NCBI GenBank assembly: GCA_038851075.1
Contig: JAWCLG010000002.1
Location: 1 to 64,000 of the forward strand
Length of the DNA: 64,000 nucleotides
Direction: 5' to 3'
DNA from: Candidatus Hadarchaeales archaeon
GTDB lineage: Archaea; Hadarchaeota; Hadarchaeia; Hadarchaeales; Hadarchaeaceae
Made by a program: the position numbers and the translations under genes. A model generated the notes under the pieces. That model had not been told where the DNA came from. It did no database searches and saw nothing but the letters and a program-made list of their open reading frames with translations. Shown in pieces: positions 28,814-37,592 of this stretch (the first letter of the stretch is position 1; every line of letters starts with the position of its first letter).

Positions 28814-30241
28814 CTGTCAAAGGTCGTTCTGATATGCCCAAACTCCGCAGGCCCTGAGAGAATAGAGAATGAGGGAGCCTGGCCTCCGCTCGGGCTTGTT
28901 TACATAGGCACGTTGCTCGAGAGGTCCGGGCATGAAGTAAGAATAATTGACAACGCTAGGAAACAGCTTCCTGACGGAGAACTGATAAACAGGGTAAAGT
29001 CGGAGGACCCTGACATAGTCGGCATCAGCGCTCTGAGCCCAACATTCAGAAGGGCGATAAAGCTCGCATCTGAGTTGAAAAAAGAATGCCCCAGCTCCAA
29101 GATAGTGCTGGGGAACTACCACGCCACATTCGAATATGAAAGAATTCTTAGAAAATGCGACTTTATCGACTTCGTTGTGATCGGTGAGGGAGAAATGACG
29201 ATGATCGATCTGACAGAAGCCCTGGACAAAGGCGGTGAAATAAAGGATGTGAAGGGAATAGCGTTCAGAAAGAACGGTGATGTTTTCAGGACAGAGCCCA
29301 GGCCACCCATAAAAGACCTCGACGGGCTGCCTTTTCCGAACAGAGAACTTCTTGAAGAGGGGTATTTCTCGGAGGTGATCGGCGTGAGGACCTCTTCTGG
29401 AAAGTTCACCACGATGGTAACATCGCGCGGCTGCCCGTTCGGGTGCAGGTACTGCGCGTGTTCCTCCTTCACATCGAGAACGGTAAGACTTCGCTCCCCA
29501 GAGAATGTCGTAGATGAGATGGAGATGCTGCAGAGCGATGGTTATGAGGAGATAGGAATCGTGGACGACAATTTCCTGATTGAACGGAAAAGGGTGGAGA
29601 GGATATGCGACCTCATCAGAGAAAGAAAGATAAAGATTGACATGTGGCTTGAGGGCAGGGGAGATCAGGCTTCTCTGAGCACGCTGAAAAAGCTGGCAAA
29701 GGCCGGGTGCAGGGCGATATACTTCGGGATAGAAAGCGGCAACGAACACGTGCTGAAGTATTACGGAAAGAATATCAAACCGGACATTTGCAGGAAGGCT
29801 GTTTCAAACGCTAAAAAAGCCGGAATAGACGCCGTGATCGGGTCGTTCATCGTTGGAGCCCCGATAGAAAAAAAGGTGGATGTGGAAAACACGTTCAGGT
29901 TCGCCATGAGCCTCAAGGACATGGACTTTCCGCAGATGAACATACTCTATCTTTCACCGGGCATGGAGCTGTGGAGGGATGCCGTATCAAGAGGATATCT
30001 GGATGAAGATGCTTTCTGGGACGCTCCGGTACCGGCCGTGAACGTATACCCATCTCACATCGAACTCGAGGACCTTGAAAAGATGGTCGGGGAATTCTAC
30101 GATGGATTCATCCGGAGGAGATCGTACATAGCACTTCAGGTCCTCAAAACCCTGAAGAGCAGGTGGAGGCTTAAAATCCTCATGAAAAATCTGGGGTTAG
30201 AGCGTCTCAGGGATGCCTTCAAACATCTGAAAGGTGACTGA
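28814..30241 (+). CDS. Cobalamin-binding (class B) radical SAM protein
   Basis: PPLGLVYI, GNYHAT, GEGE, TSRGCPFGCRYC, GIESG; probable CTG start after GGAGG. Confidence 0.9.
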   Translation: MSKVVLICPNSAGPERIENEGAWPPLGLVYIGTLLERSGHEVRIIDNARKQLPDGELINRVKSEDPDIVGISALSPTFRRAIKLASELKKECPSSKIVLGNYHATFEYERILRKCDFIDFVVIGEGEMTMIDLTEALDKGGEIKDVKGIAFRKNGDVFRTEPRPPIKDLDGLPFPNRELLEEGYFSEVIGVRTSSGKFTTMVTSRGCPFGCRYCACSSFTSRTVRLRSPENVVDEMEMLQSDGYEEIGIVDDNFLIERKRVERICDLIRERKIKIDMWLEGRGDQASLSTLKKLAKAGCRAIYFGIESGNEHVLKYYGKNIKPDICRKAVSNAKKAGIDAVIGSFIVGAPIEKKVDVENTFRFAMSLKDMDFPQMNILYLSPGMELWRDAVSRGYLDEDAFWDAPVPAVNVYPSHIELEDLEKMVGEFYDGFIRRRSYIALQVLKTLKSRWRLKILMKNLGLERLRDAFKHLKGD

Positions 30242-31337
30242 ATCGATGAGGATAGGGTTCTTCACCGACACTTTTCTGCCGCAGACTAACGGAGTGGTAA
30301 CCTCAATAGCGGGGCTAGGTCCGGAACTCGTGAGGAGGGGGCACGAAGTAACCGTGTTCTGCCCGAAAACGCGTATAAGAGAACTGAACGGAATGAGGGT
30401 GATATCCTACCCCGCTGTGAGGTTCAGACAGTACCCAGACTTCATGATAGCGGTGCCGCAGGGGAGGGACCTTGTTCCGGATCTCGACATAGTACACACC
30501 CATTCACCTTTCACAATGGGGTTCTTTGGATGGAGGGTCTCAAGATGGCAAAAAATACCGAGGGTCGCGACCTTCCACACACTTCTTTCAGAGTACGTCA
30601 GATACGTCAGCAGGATCGGGAGAATCGTCCTCAAGCCTATAAGCTGGGAGTACACGCGCGCGTATTACAACAGGCACAGGAGAGTCATAGCTCCGAGCAA
30701 AACTCTGAAGAAAGTGCTGAGGGAGCACGGAGTGAGGAAGCCGATATCAGTTGTTCCATCTGGCATAGACATCTCACTTTACAAACCAACTGCAAAAAGC
30801 CGCGCTAGGAAAAAACTCGGAATCGAAGACGGGGAAATGGTTTTTCTGAGCCTCGGAAGACTCGGATATGAAAAGAATATTGACATCATACTGAAAGCCT
30901 TCAAAAACGTGGATGCCAGGCTCATAATCGCTGGGAGCGGCCCGGCCGAAAAGAAACTGAAAAAGATGAGAGATGCTCTGAAGTTAAAAAAAGTTGTTTT
31001 CACGGGATATATCCGCGAGGAAATGAAGCCGCTGTACTTTTCTGCCTCTGACGCTTTCGTGATAGCATCAACCAGCGAAACCCAGGGACTGGCCGCGATA
31101 GAGGCGATGGCGTGCGGCTGTCCGGTGATAGGCGCTGATGCCATGGCGATATCTGAAATAGTGAAGAACGGAGTTAACGGATTTCTTTTCGAGCCAAACA
31201 GAGCGGAAAAGCTTTCGGAGATATTGAACCGTTTTAAGCCGTCGAGAGCAATGGCGAGGGAAGCTGTAAAAACGGCTAAGAATTTCTCGATAGAAAGATG
31301 CGCCCGGCTCGTCGAAGAAGTCTACTCAAACCTCTGA
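30234..31337 (+). CDS. Glycosyltransferase family 4 (MGS/DGS-like)
   Basis: FTDTFLPQTNGV, HTHSPF, GRLGYEKN, SETQGLAAIEAMACG. Confidence 0.92.
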   Translation: MTESMRIGFFTDTFLPQTNGVVTSIAGLGPELVRRGHEVTVFCPKTRIRELNGMRVISYPAVRFRQYPDFMIAVPQGRDLVPDLDIVHTHSPFTMGFFGWRVSRWQKIPRVATFHTLLSEYVRYVSRIGRIVLKPISWEYTRAYYNRHRRVIAPSKTLKKVLREHGVRKPISVVPSGIDISLYKPTAKSRARKKLGIEDGEMVFLSLGRLGYEKNIDIILKAFKNVDARLIIAGSGPAEKKLKKMRDALKLKKVVFTGYIREEMKPLYFSASDAFVIASTSETQGLAAIEAMACGCPVIGADAMAISEIVKNGVNGFLFEPNRAEKLSEILNRFKPSRAMAREAVKTAKNFSIERCARLVEEVYSNL

Positions 31338-31340
31338 GGC

Positions 31341-32045
31341 TTATCTGACCGCCGCGTACTGTTCGGTCCTTTTTCCGAAAAAGTAATTCAAAGTCACCCT
31401 GCCCCAGTCAACAATCAGACCGCCGAGACCCAGCTTTTTCAATCTCCTCCGCGATGTCTTCACAACAACTTTCCTCATAAAAACAACTCTGCCCTTCTTC
31501 GAAATCCTCTTACACAGATCAAAGTCCTCTGATGCGACCATATCCTCGTTGAAACCGCTGATCTCAAAGAAAGGTTTTCTCTTGTACGCCACGCAGGTTC
31601 CGGCAAGGTTTGGTTTACCGATCAGAAAAGATACCTGAATCAGAAGATTGAAAAAATAAAACATCATTTCGGTGAAAAGACCTACTCCCTCCGGCATTAT
31701 CAGCCCGCCGGCCCCAACTACTGATGGATCAGCCATTACCCTCAGCGCTTCCTCGACAAAAAAGCGGTTTATCTTCGTGTCCGCGTCCAGAAATATCAAT
31801 ATATCTCCCGAGGCCTCCCTCGCCCCCCTGTTCCTCGCGGCTCCTACCTTGCCTTTACCGACGCATACTTTTGCATATTTTTTTGCAATTTCCACAGTCC
31901 TATCTTTGGATTTCCCATCAGCCACTATCAACTCGCTTTCCGGAAGAACATTTTTAACGTTGCGAAGGGTTGACTCGATGATCTTCTCCTCATTCAGGGT
32001 TGGAATGATAACGCTTATTCTGGGATTTTTCGGGACCGGATACAC
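31341..32045 (-). CDS. Glycosyltransferase family 2
   Basis: SVIIPTLNEE, DGKSKD.T, ARNRGA, FLDADT, SEDFDL, TSRRR. Confidence 0.92.
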   Translation of the reverse strand: MYPVPKNPRISVIIPTLNEEKIIESTLRNVKNVLPESELIVADGKSKDRTVEIAKKYAKVCVGKGKVGAARNRGAREASGDILIFLDADTKINRFFVEEALRVMADPSVVGAGGLIMPEGVGLFTEMMFYFFNLLIQVSFLIGKPNLAGTCVAYKRKPFFEISGFNEDMVASEDFDLCKRISKKGRVVFMRKVVVKTSRRRLKKLGLGGLIVDWGRVTLNYFFGKRTEQYAAVR

Positions 32046-32049
32046 GGCA

Positions 32050-33210
32050 TCATCTCCTTCCCGACAGGAAGTTCTCATATGATTTTTCCACCTTTCGAGA
32101 TATAACATTGAAGTCAAAGTGTTTTTCCACTCTTCTCCTCGATCTTACGGACAGGGTTTTTCTTTTCCTGGGATCTGAGAGAATGAAGTTAACGGCCCTA
32201 GCAATCTCATCTGGATTCCCTGGCTTGACCAGTACGCCCGCGTCTCCGACTACCTCGGGTATTCCACCAACTTCAGTTGCAACAACAGGGGTTCCACATG
32301 ACATCGCCTCTATGAGCACTATGCCAAAAGGCTCCCATAGGGACGGCAGAACAAATAGGTCGCTGGCTGAGTAGTACTCGACAAGTTTCTTCTCGCTGAT
32401 AAACGTTGATATAAAAATTACTTTTCGCTCCACATTCTCCTTTTTTGCAAGTTCGGTGAGCCTACCAAGCTCAGGCCCTTTGCCGACCACTATCGCTCTG
32501 AGGTCCCCCTCCACATCCTTCAGAGCCCTCACAAGGTTCTCGACTCCTTTCTGCTTCACCAGACGACAAACGGTTGTGATAATGAACTCGCACCCAAAAC
32601 GGTCCTTTAGATCCGTCTTTATCCTCCTGAACTTTTCAGTGTCCACACCGTTGTAAATGACCTCAGTCCGGTCTCTTGGATAATCTTCTGGCACGGTCAC
32701 TTCTAGGGTCCACCTGCTGTTTGCGATTATCCTGTCGGAGGCCCTCATTATGCGAACGCCTATCGCATCATCGAAAAGCTGCCCGAATGCGTCCACCTCT
32801 GAAGATATTCCGGTCGGCCTGGCATTGTGCAGTGAAAGAAAAAGCGGTTTCCCAAGAGATTTCTTCCAGAAAGCAACCGATGAAAAATTAAGGAAAAATC
32901 TGTTGTGGAGGTGTATTATGTCCGGGTCCTCCTCATGACATATTCTCTCAAGCTCGCTCCTGAAGCCCAGCGGAATTGAAAACGGCGGCGGCAGGAACGC
33001 GGGGAGCTTTTTAAGAACTATGCTCTTGATCCTGTGAACCTTTATCCCCTCAATTACCTCATTTTTCTTCGTCCCGGCAAGTCTGGATGTCAGCACGCTT
33101 ACGGAATGTTTCCTGGAGAGACGCCTGCAGAGCTCATAGAGATAGTTTTCCGTGCCTCCGGGGTAGGGGTAAAAAAATGGGTTTATGTGAAGCAACCTCA
33201 TGTACACCAT
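32050..33210 (-). CDS. Glycosyltransferase family 4
   Basis: YPGGTE, NGVD, RLVKQKG, EPFGIVLIEAMSCG. Confidence 0.92.
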   Translation of the reverse strand: MVYMRLLHINPFFYPYPGGTENYLYELCRRLSRKHSVSVLTSRLAGTKKNEVIEGIKVHRIKSIVLKKLPAFLPPPFSIPLGFRSELERICHEEDPDIIHLHNRFFLNFSSVAFWKKSLGKPLFLSLHNARPTGISSEVDAFGQLFDDAIGVRIMRASDRIIANSRWTLEVTVPEDYPRDRTEVIYNGVDTEKFRRIKTDLKDRFGCEFIITTVCRLVKQKGVENLVRALKDVEGDLRAIVVGKGPELGRLTELAKKENVERKVIFISTFISEKKLVEYYSASDLFVLPSLWEPFGIVLIEAMSCGTPVVATEVGGIPEVVGDAGVLVKPGNPDEIARAVNFILSDPRKRKTLSVRSRRRVEKHFDFNVISRKVEKSYENFLSGRR

Positions 33211-33238
33211 ATGATTTTTACTTGGGGAATAATAAAAG

Positions 33239-34267
33239 TCAACTTAACCTGTCTCCCCTCCAAGCTTTGAACCCCATCCTCGATATTGCAAGCGCCCCGG
33301 CGCAGGTACCGAACAGTAGGGTAATCGACCTGTCTATCAGTAGCGCGCTGAGCGCCAGCCCCTCCGGAACCTTGAACATCAGAAATACCGAAAGTATGGT
33401 CAGATCGACCGTACCTATCCCGCCAGGTAGAAGGGGAATAAGCCCTGCTATTGCCGGAAGAGTGAGTGCGAGCATCAGCATGGGGAGCTGCGGTGAATAG
33501 CCCAGCGCGGAGAAAACTGTCCAGAGGCGAAAGATACTGACGGCCCAAAGGAAAGAAGAAATGAGAGTCACGGCCGCAACGACCCTCAACCTTCCGAAGA
33601 CCAGATTCGCACCGGAGTAGAAATTATTCACAGAAACCGATATTTTTCTCCTGTCGGCCTTTCTGTGAAAAATCCTGAGGATGCGAACGTAGATCCCGAC
33701 AAATCTTCGGGATCCGATCCTGCGCCTCAAAAAAGCGGATATGCCGAACACGAAAAGAAATATCACCAATACCCATGAAACGGCTAAAAGAAACAGGATT
33801 TCGGCGGAGGTCAGGATGAAAGATGTCAGTATGCCAAACAGCAATAGGAAGGAGAAAAGAGGAATGTCGAGAAGCAGCTCGCTAACTATCGTCGCGGATG
33901 CGTGGGATGCGGGGACCTTTGATGTCCTGCTGAGAAGTATTGTTCTGGCGATCGGGTCTCCGCCAGCGTATGTCATGGGTGTTATGTTGTTCACGAATAT
34001 TCCGCTCAGCACCACCTGAAAAACATGGGACAGGGGGAGCCTGTGTCCCAGAGAAGAGAGCGTGTACCTCCACCTCGCAGACCAGCAAAAAACACCGAAG
34101 AAGTACACGCAAAGCGCCAGAATCACAAGCCGGTAATCTGCCTTCGACAGTGCGTTTATCATCCCAGAGATGTTCTCCCCGCTGAAAATCATGTAGACGA
34201 GCACACCGAACACGAGGATAAGCAGTAAAGGAACAAGAATCCTGCGCACTCGACTCGATTTGCCCAT
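33239..34267 (-). CDS. Lysylphosphatidylglycerol-synthase TM / flippase-like (UPF0104) membrane protein
   Basis: ARWR, NNITP..AGGDPIAR, PLLPGGIG..D, LIDRSIT; polytopic. Confidence 0.88.
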   Translation of the reverse strand: MGKSSRVRRILVPLLLILVFGVLVYMIFSGENISGMINALSKADYRLVILALCVYFFGVFCWSARWRYTLSSLGHRLPLSHVFQVVLSGIFVNNITPMTYAGGDPIARTILLSRTSKVPASHASATIVSELLLDIPLFSFLLLFGILTSFILTSAEILFLLAVSWVLVIFLFVFGISAFLRRRIGSRRFVGIYVRILRIFHRKADRRKISVSVNNFYSGANLVFGRLRVVAAVTLISSFLWAVSIFRLWTVFSALGYSPQLPMLMLALTLPAIAGLIPLLPGGIGTVDLTILSVFLMFKVPEGLALSALLIDRSITLLFGTCAGALAISRMGFKAWRGDRLS

Positions 34268-34351
34268 GTAACTGCCAAATCATATTAAGTCACGGTAAAA
34301 AATAACTTCCATGAGGTATCTATTAATGAAAAACAGCCTAATCTTTTTCAT

Positions 34352-34543
34352 ATGCTCAGGGTGGACCTCAGAAAATGGGTAAGAAAAAACTGGAGCTACA
34401 TGGTGTCATGGATATCGATGGGGCTGGTTATGGTAATACTTCTGGCCAGAAAGATGGGATTTGAGCTGCTCGTTCTGATAGGTCCGTTTTTGCCCTATCT
34501 GGTCATCTGCCTGATCAGAATGAGAAGGGAGCTGAAAAAATGA
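34352..34543 (+). CDS. Small 2-TM membrane protein
   Basis: Two hydrophobic segments; ATGA overlap with the next gene. Confidence 0.6.
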   Translation: MLRVDLRKWVRKNWSYMVSWISMGLVMVILLARKMGFELLVLIGPFLPYLVICLIRMRRELKK

Positions 34544-34983
34544 TCCTCGCACACATCACGATCCCAGTGATACTCCATGGAGCCTTCCCATACCTGAACC
34601 TGCTCGCCCTTCTGGTAGGGGCAAACTTCTCGAGCCTAGATGCGCTTCCGACCCTCATCAGAAAAAAGGTCCCGAAAAAACCGGTTGATGAAGCACACGC
34701 GGCAACCGTACTGCACACGCTTTTCTTCTTCGTCATGGCGTTCTTTCCAATTTTACCGGTATTTGGGCTACAGATCGCAATTTCATTCACCGTTGGCGGG
34801 TTTACGCATATACTCATCGATGCCTTGGACGAAAAGGGGAGGATGCTTCTCTACCCGATAAGTAAAAAGTTCTACGGCCCCAGGCTGTTCACCTACGATT
34901 TCTGGACCTACGTCACTGATAGAAAGATATTCGCGCTCGAAGCCACGCTCTTTCTGATTTCCTGCGTGGTGTTGCTTATCTAG
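34540..34983 (+). CDS. Membrane-bound metal-dependent hydrolase (YdjM-like)
   Basis: N-terminal H, S.LD, HTLFF, THILIDALD..G..LLYP. Confidence 0.75.
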   Translation: MILAHITIPVILHGAFPYLNLLALLVGANFSSLDALPTLIRKKVPKKPVDEAHAATVLHTLFFFVMAFFPILPVFGLQIAISFTVGGFTHILIDALDEKGRMLLYPISKKFYGPRLFTYDFWTYVTDRKIFALEATLFLISCVVLLI

Positions 34984-35025
34984 GATAACTGATACCTTAA
35001 AAAAACCAATGCCACAGTATGAAAC

Positions 35026-35187
35026 GTGGGAGAGAGAATAAATCCAAAGCTTCTCAGGATCATAGCGTGTCCGGTATGCAGGGCAGGGCTGAAGATTAAG
35101 AATAAAGAACTACAATGCAAAAAGTGCGGGCGCAGGTATCCGATTAAGGACGGCATACCTCAACTGCTGCCGGATGAACTCAGATGA
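35026..35187 (+). CDS. Trm112-family protein (not in ORF track)
   Basis: Manual translation: VGERINPKLLRIIACPVCRAGLKIKNKELQCKKCGRRYPIKDGIPQLLPDELR. Confidence 0.88.
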   Translation: MGERINPKLLRIIACPVCRAGLKIKNKELQCKKCGRRYPIKDGIPQLLPDELR

Positions 35188-35596
35188 GCTCTACCACAAA
35201 ACTCAGCAAAGTATCCTTGCACCTTAATTTTTCAACAAATGGTCTCGAAAGGTTTCCAGATGACTTATCCGCTTTTATGGCGAGGGTTCTCCCGCAGATA
35301 TAGCTACTCTTTCTCACCACAATATCTGAAGGGTGAACCATTGTCAGGGAAGGATCACCATATGCGTGTACTGTCTCAGTCAAACCCCCAGCGGTCATTT
35401 TAATTCGAACCCCTTTTCCCCCAATTATCCCCCTCCTCAGCTCCTCTGGAAAATCATGAAATGATTTATCGGCACATACTCCAACGATACAATCTCCACG
35501 CGGGCCAACTTCTGGATCCTTGGTTATCATCAACGTTGTTCTGTGCCTCGCAGTTATGTTTGGATGCCCTCTTGCCCGAATAACTATCCTCTTCAT
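35180..35596 (-). CDS. DUF371 family protein
   Basis: ARGHPNITARHRTT, RGDCIVGV, VVRKSSY...RT. Confidence 0.9.
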   Translation of the reverse strand: MKRIVIRARGHPNITARHRTTLMITKDPEVGPRGDCIVGVCADKSFHDFPEELRRGIIGGKGVRIKMTAGGLTETVHAYGDPSLTMVHPSDIVVRKSSYICGRTLAIKADKSSGNLSRPFVEKLRCKDTLLSFVVELI

Positions 35597-35639
35597 CGGC
35601 TCAATTTTAAGTTTTGAAGTATAATTAAATACTGATGTA

Positions 35640-36293
35640 ATGTTTGATGAGGAAAAAGAAGAGCTGGTAAATAGACTGATAAACTGTGGATACCTGCGAA
35701 GCAAAAAAGTAATAGATGCATTCAGAAAGGTACCGAGGCATGAATTCGTGCATGAATCATTGAGAAACAGCGCCTACACCGACCAGCCCCTCCCGGTCGG
35801 CTACGGACAGACAATATCTGCACCGAGCATGATAGCAATAATGATGGAATCCCTAGATTTTAGAAAAAATCAAAGAGTTCTTGAGATAGGGACCGGATCG
35901 GGATACAATGCCGCCCTCATCGCCGAGGTGGTTGGAAAAAAAGGACTTGTTGTCACCATTGAAAGGATAAAGGAGCTTGCCAAACGCGCGGAACAAACAT
36001 TAGCCGATACCGGCTATGAGAATGTGAGAGTCTTGGTCGGTGACGGAACATGCGGATACGAGGACGGAGCTCCATGGGACAGGATAATCGTCACGGCGTG
36101 CGCTCCGAGAATCCCGCAACCGCTCGTAAAACAGCTGGCAGACCGCGGAAAGATAGGCGTGCCTGTCGGAGAACAATATGCGATGCAGACCTGGACTGTC
36201 GGCGAGAAAAAAAGCGGAGAACTAAAAATTTCGGAACACGGCGGCTGCTCTTTTGTGCCGCTTGTTGGAAAATATGGATGGCCTGAGGAGTGA
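35640..36293 (+). CDS. pcm: Protein-L-isoaspartate O-methyltransferase
   Basis: VPRHEF, GQTISAP, LEIGTGSGY, GDG..G...APWD, FVPL. Confidence 0.95.
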   Translation: MFDEEKEELVNRLINCGYLRSKKVIDAFRKVPRHEFVHESLRNSAYTDQPLPVGYGQTISAPSMIAIMMESLDFRKNQRVLEIGTGSGYNAALIAEVVGKKGLVVTIERIKELAKRAEQTLADTGYENVRVLVGDGTCGYEDGAPWDRIIVTACAPRIPQPLVKQLADRGKIGVPVGEQYAMQTWTVGEKKSGELKISEHGGCSFVPLVGKYGWPEE

Positions 36294-36295
36294 TA

Positions 36296-37303
36296 CTACC
36301 CGAACCATCTGTCAAGGGAAGCCTGAGAGACGTTTGCCCTGCCTTTTATCAGTTTTTCTATCCCGCCCTGAACTCTAGACTCCGAAAAATCGTACTCATC
36401 GCATAAAAACTTTTTAATTCCCTCAGGGTCCGGGTTCGTCCACCTGATTGCATAGTCCTGGGTCACTGCGGGTTTCAGAAATATGTTTCTGACTTCGGCT
36501 GGGTCCACTTCAAACTCCATTTCATCTGTGAACCCTCCTCCCTTGACCAGCTCAAGTGCCTTCTTAGGGCCTATTCCCTTTATCCCGGAATTATAATCCG
36601 TGCCGACAAGTATCCCTATATCGACCAGCTGATCTCGTGTGATACCAAGTCCCCTCAGCATTTCACTGAGATCCACTACCTCAGGCTGAACTTCAATGTA
36701 AACGTCCTTTCCAGGAAGTTTTCTGCGTCCTGTCATCGCGAGATTTCTAACGAGCACGGGTGAACCGAACAGCAACGCGTCAAAGTCCTGGCTTGCAACC
36801 GCCCATGCATCCCCCCTGATAACAAGATATGCTGCCTGTGCCTCGCCCTCCCCCGGGGCCTGCACCCAGGGAATCCCCATGTATTCCAGAAGCTCCTTTG
36901 TCTGCTCAACCATTACTCTGTCAACCCTAGCGGATCTCTGAGCGAATTTTCTCGCATCCTCTATTCTCCCCTCGACCACCGCCCTGGACCACTCCTCCGC
37001 GGCCTTCTCCCTGCCAGCCCTTCGTTCCTCTACTGTCTTCATCTTTAGCTTCGGAGGCTCACCATCGAAAACGTAAACCGGAAGTATTCCTGCCTCGACC
37101 AGATTGGAGGTCCTGTAAAAAACACCTGATAGATGGGAAGTTATCCTGCCCTTTGAATCCCTGAGAAGCTCGCCGTCTCTCTGTCTTATGATGGAAAGGA
37201 ACTGGTACAGGAAGTTCATGGCGTCCACAGCTATTTTCTTACCCCTCAGCTCATCTATGCTGACTCTCTTTTTAGGAACGATGTCTCCAATCTGTACGCC
37301 CAT
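36296..37303 (-). CDS. fen: Flap endonuclease 1
   Basis: MGV, YQFLSIIR, VFDG, EGEAQAA, SQDFD, GTDYN..GIGPK, C-terminal PIP box QASLDRWF. Confidence 0.97.
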   Translation of the reverse strand: MGVQIGDIVPKKRVSIDELRGKKIAVDAMNFLYQFLSIIRQRDGELLRDSKGRITSHLSGVFYRTSNLVEAGILPVYVFDGEPPKLKMKTVEERRAGREKAAEEWSRAVVEGRIEDARKFAQRSARVDRVMVEQTKELLEYMGIPWVQAPGEGEAQAAYLVIRGDAWAVASQDFDALLFGSPVLVRNLAMTGRRKLPGKDVYIEVQPEVVDLSEMLRGLGITRDQLVDIGILVGTDYNSGIKGIGPKKALELVKGGGFTDEMEFEVDPAEVRNIFLKPAVTQDYAIRWTNPDPEGIKKFLCDEYDFSESRVQGGIEKLIKGRANVSQASLDRWFG

Positions 37304-37352
37304 CCTTACCAGTAGAATAATCGTGCGGACTATTTTAAAAATCGGGGGCTGA

Positions 37353-37577
37353 TCAGCTCAAAGCCTGCCTCTTTTCCCCAGGTAGCCTTCTCACTACAGT
37401 TATTGGAATGGCATCTTTTTCGAACTCCATCAGCGCGATCTCTATGGGGTCCGTACAGCCTTCAGGGATGTCCACAAGCACCGGGGCCCCCATGGATATC
37501 TGAAGCGCTCTTGCTCCAACTATTCTCGCCTTTTCATAACGGGTGTACTTTTTAGCCGCAAGAGGATTTGGAAAAAT
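37353..37577 (-). CDS. rpo6: RNA polymerase subunit Rpo6 (K); start uncertain, not in ORF track
   Basis: Manual translation: [58 protein letters not shown]. Confidence 0.92.
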   Translation of the reverse strand: MFPNPLAAKKYTRYEKARIVGARALQISMGAPVLVDIPEGCTDPIEIALMEFEKDAIPITVVRRLPGEKRQALS

Positions 37578-37592
37578 AAAAGGACCCCCGGA

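Noticed and set aside
732-29749. Long antisense ORFs (e.g. 732-1628, 19358-20107, 28817-29749)
   Set aside because: Shadow frames of well-supported genes, with no motifs of their own
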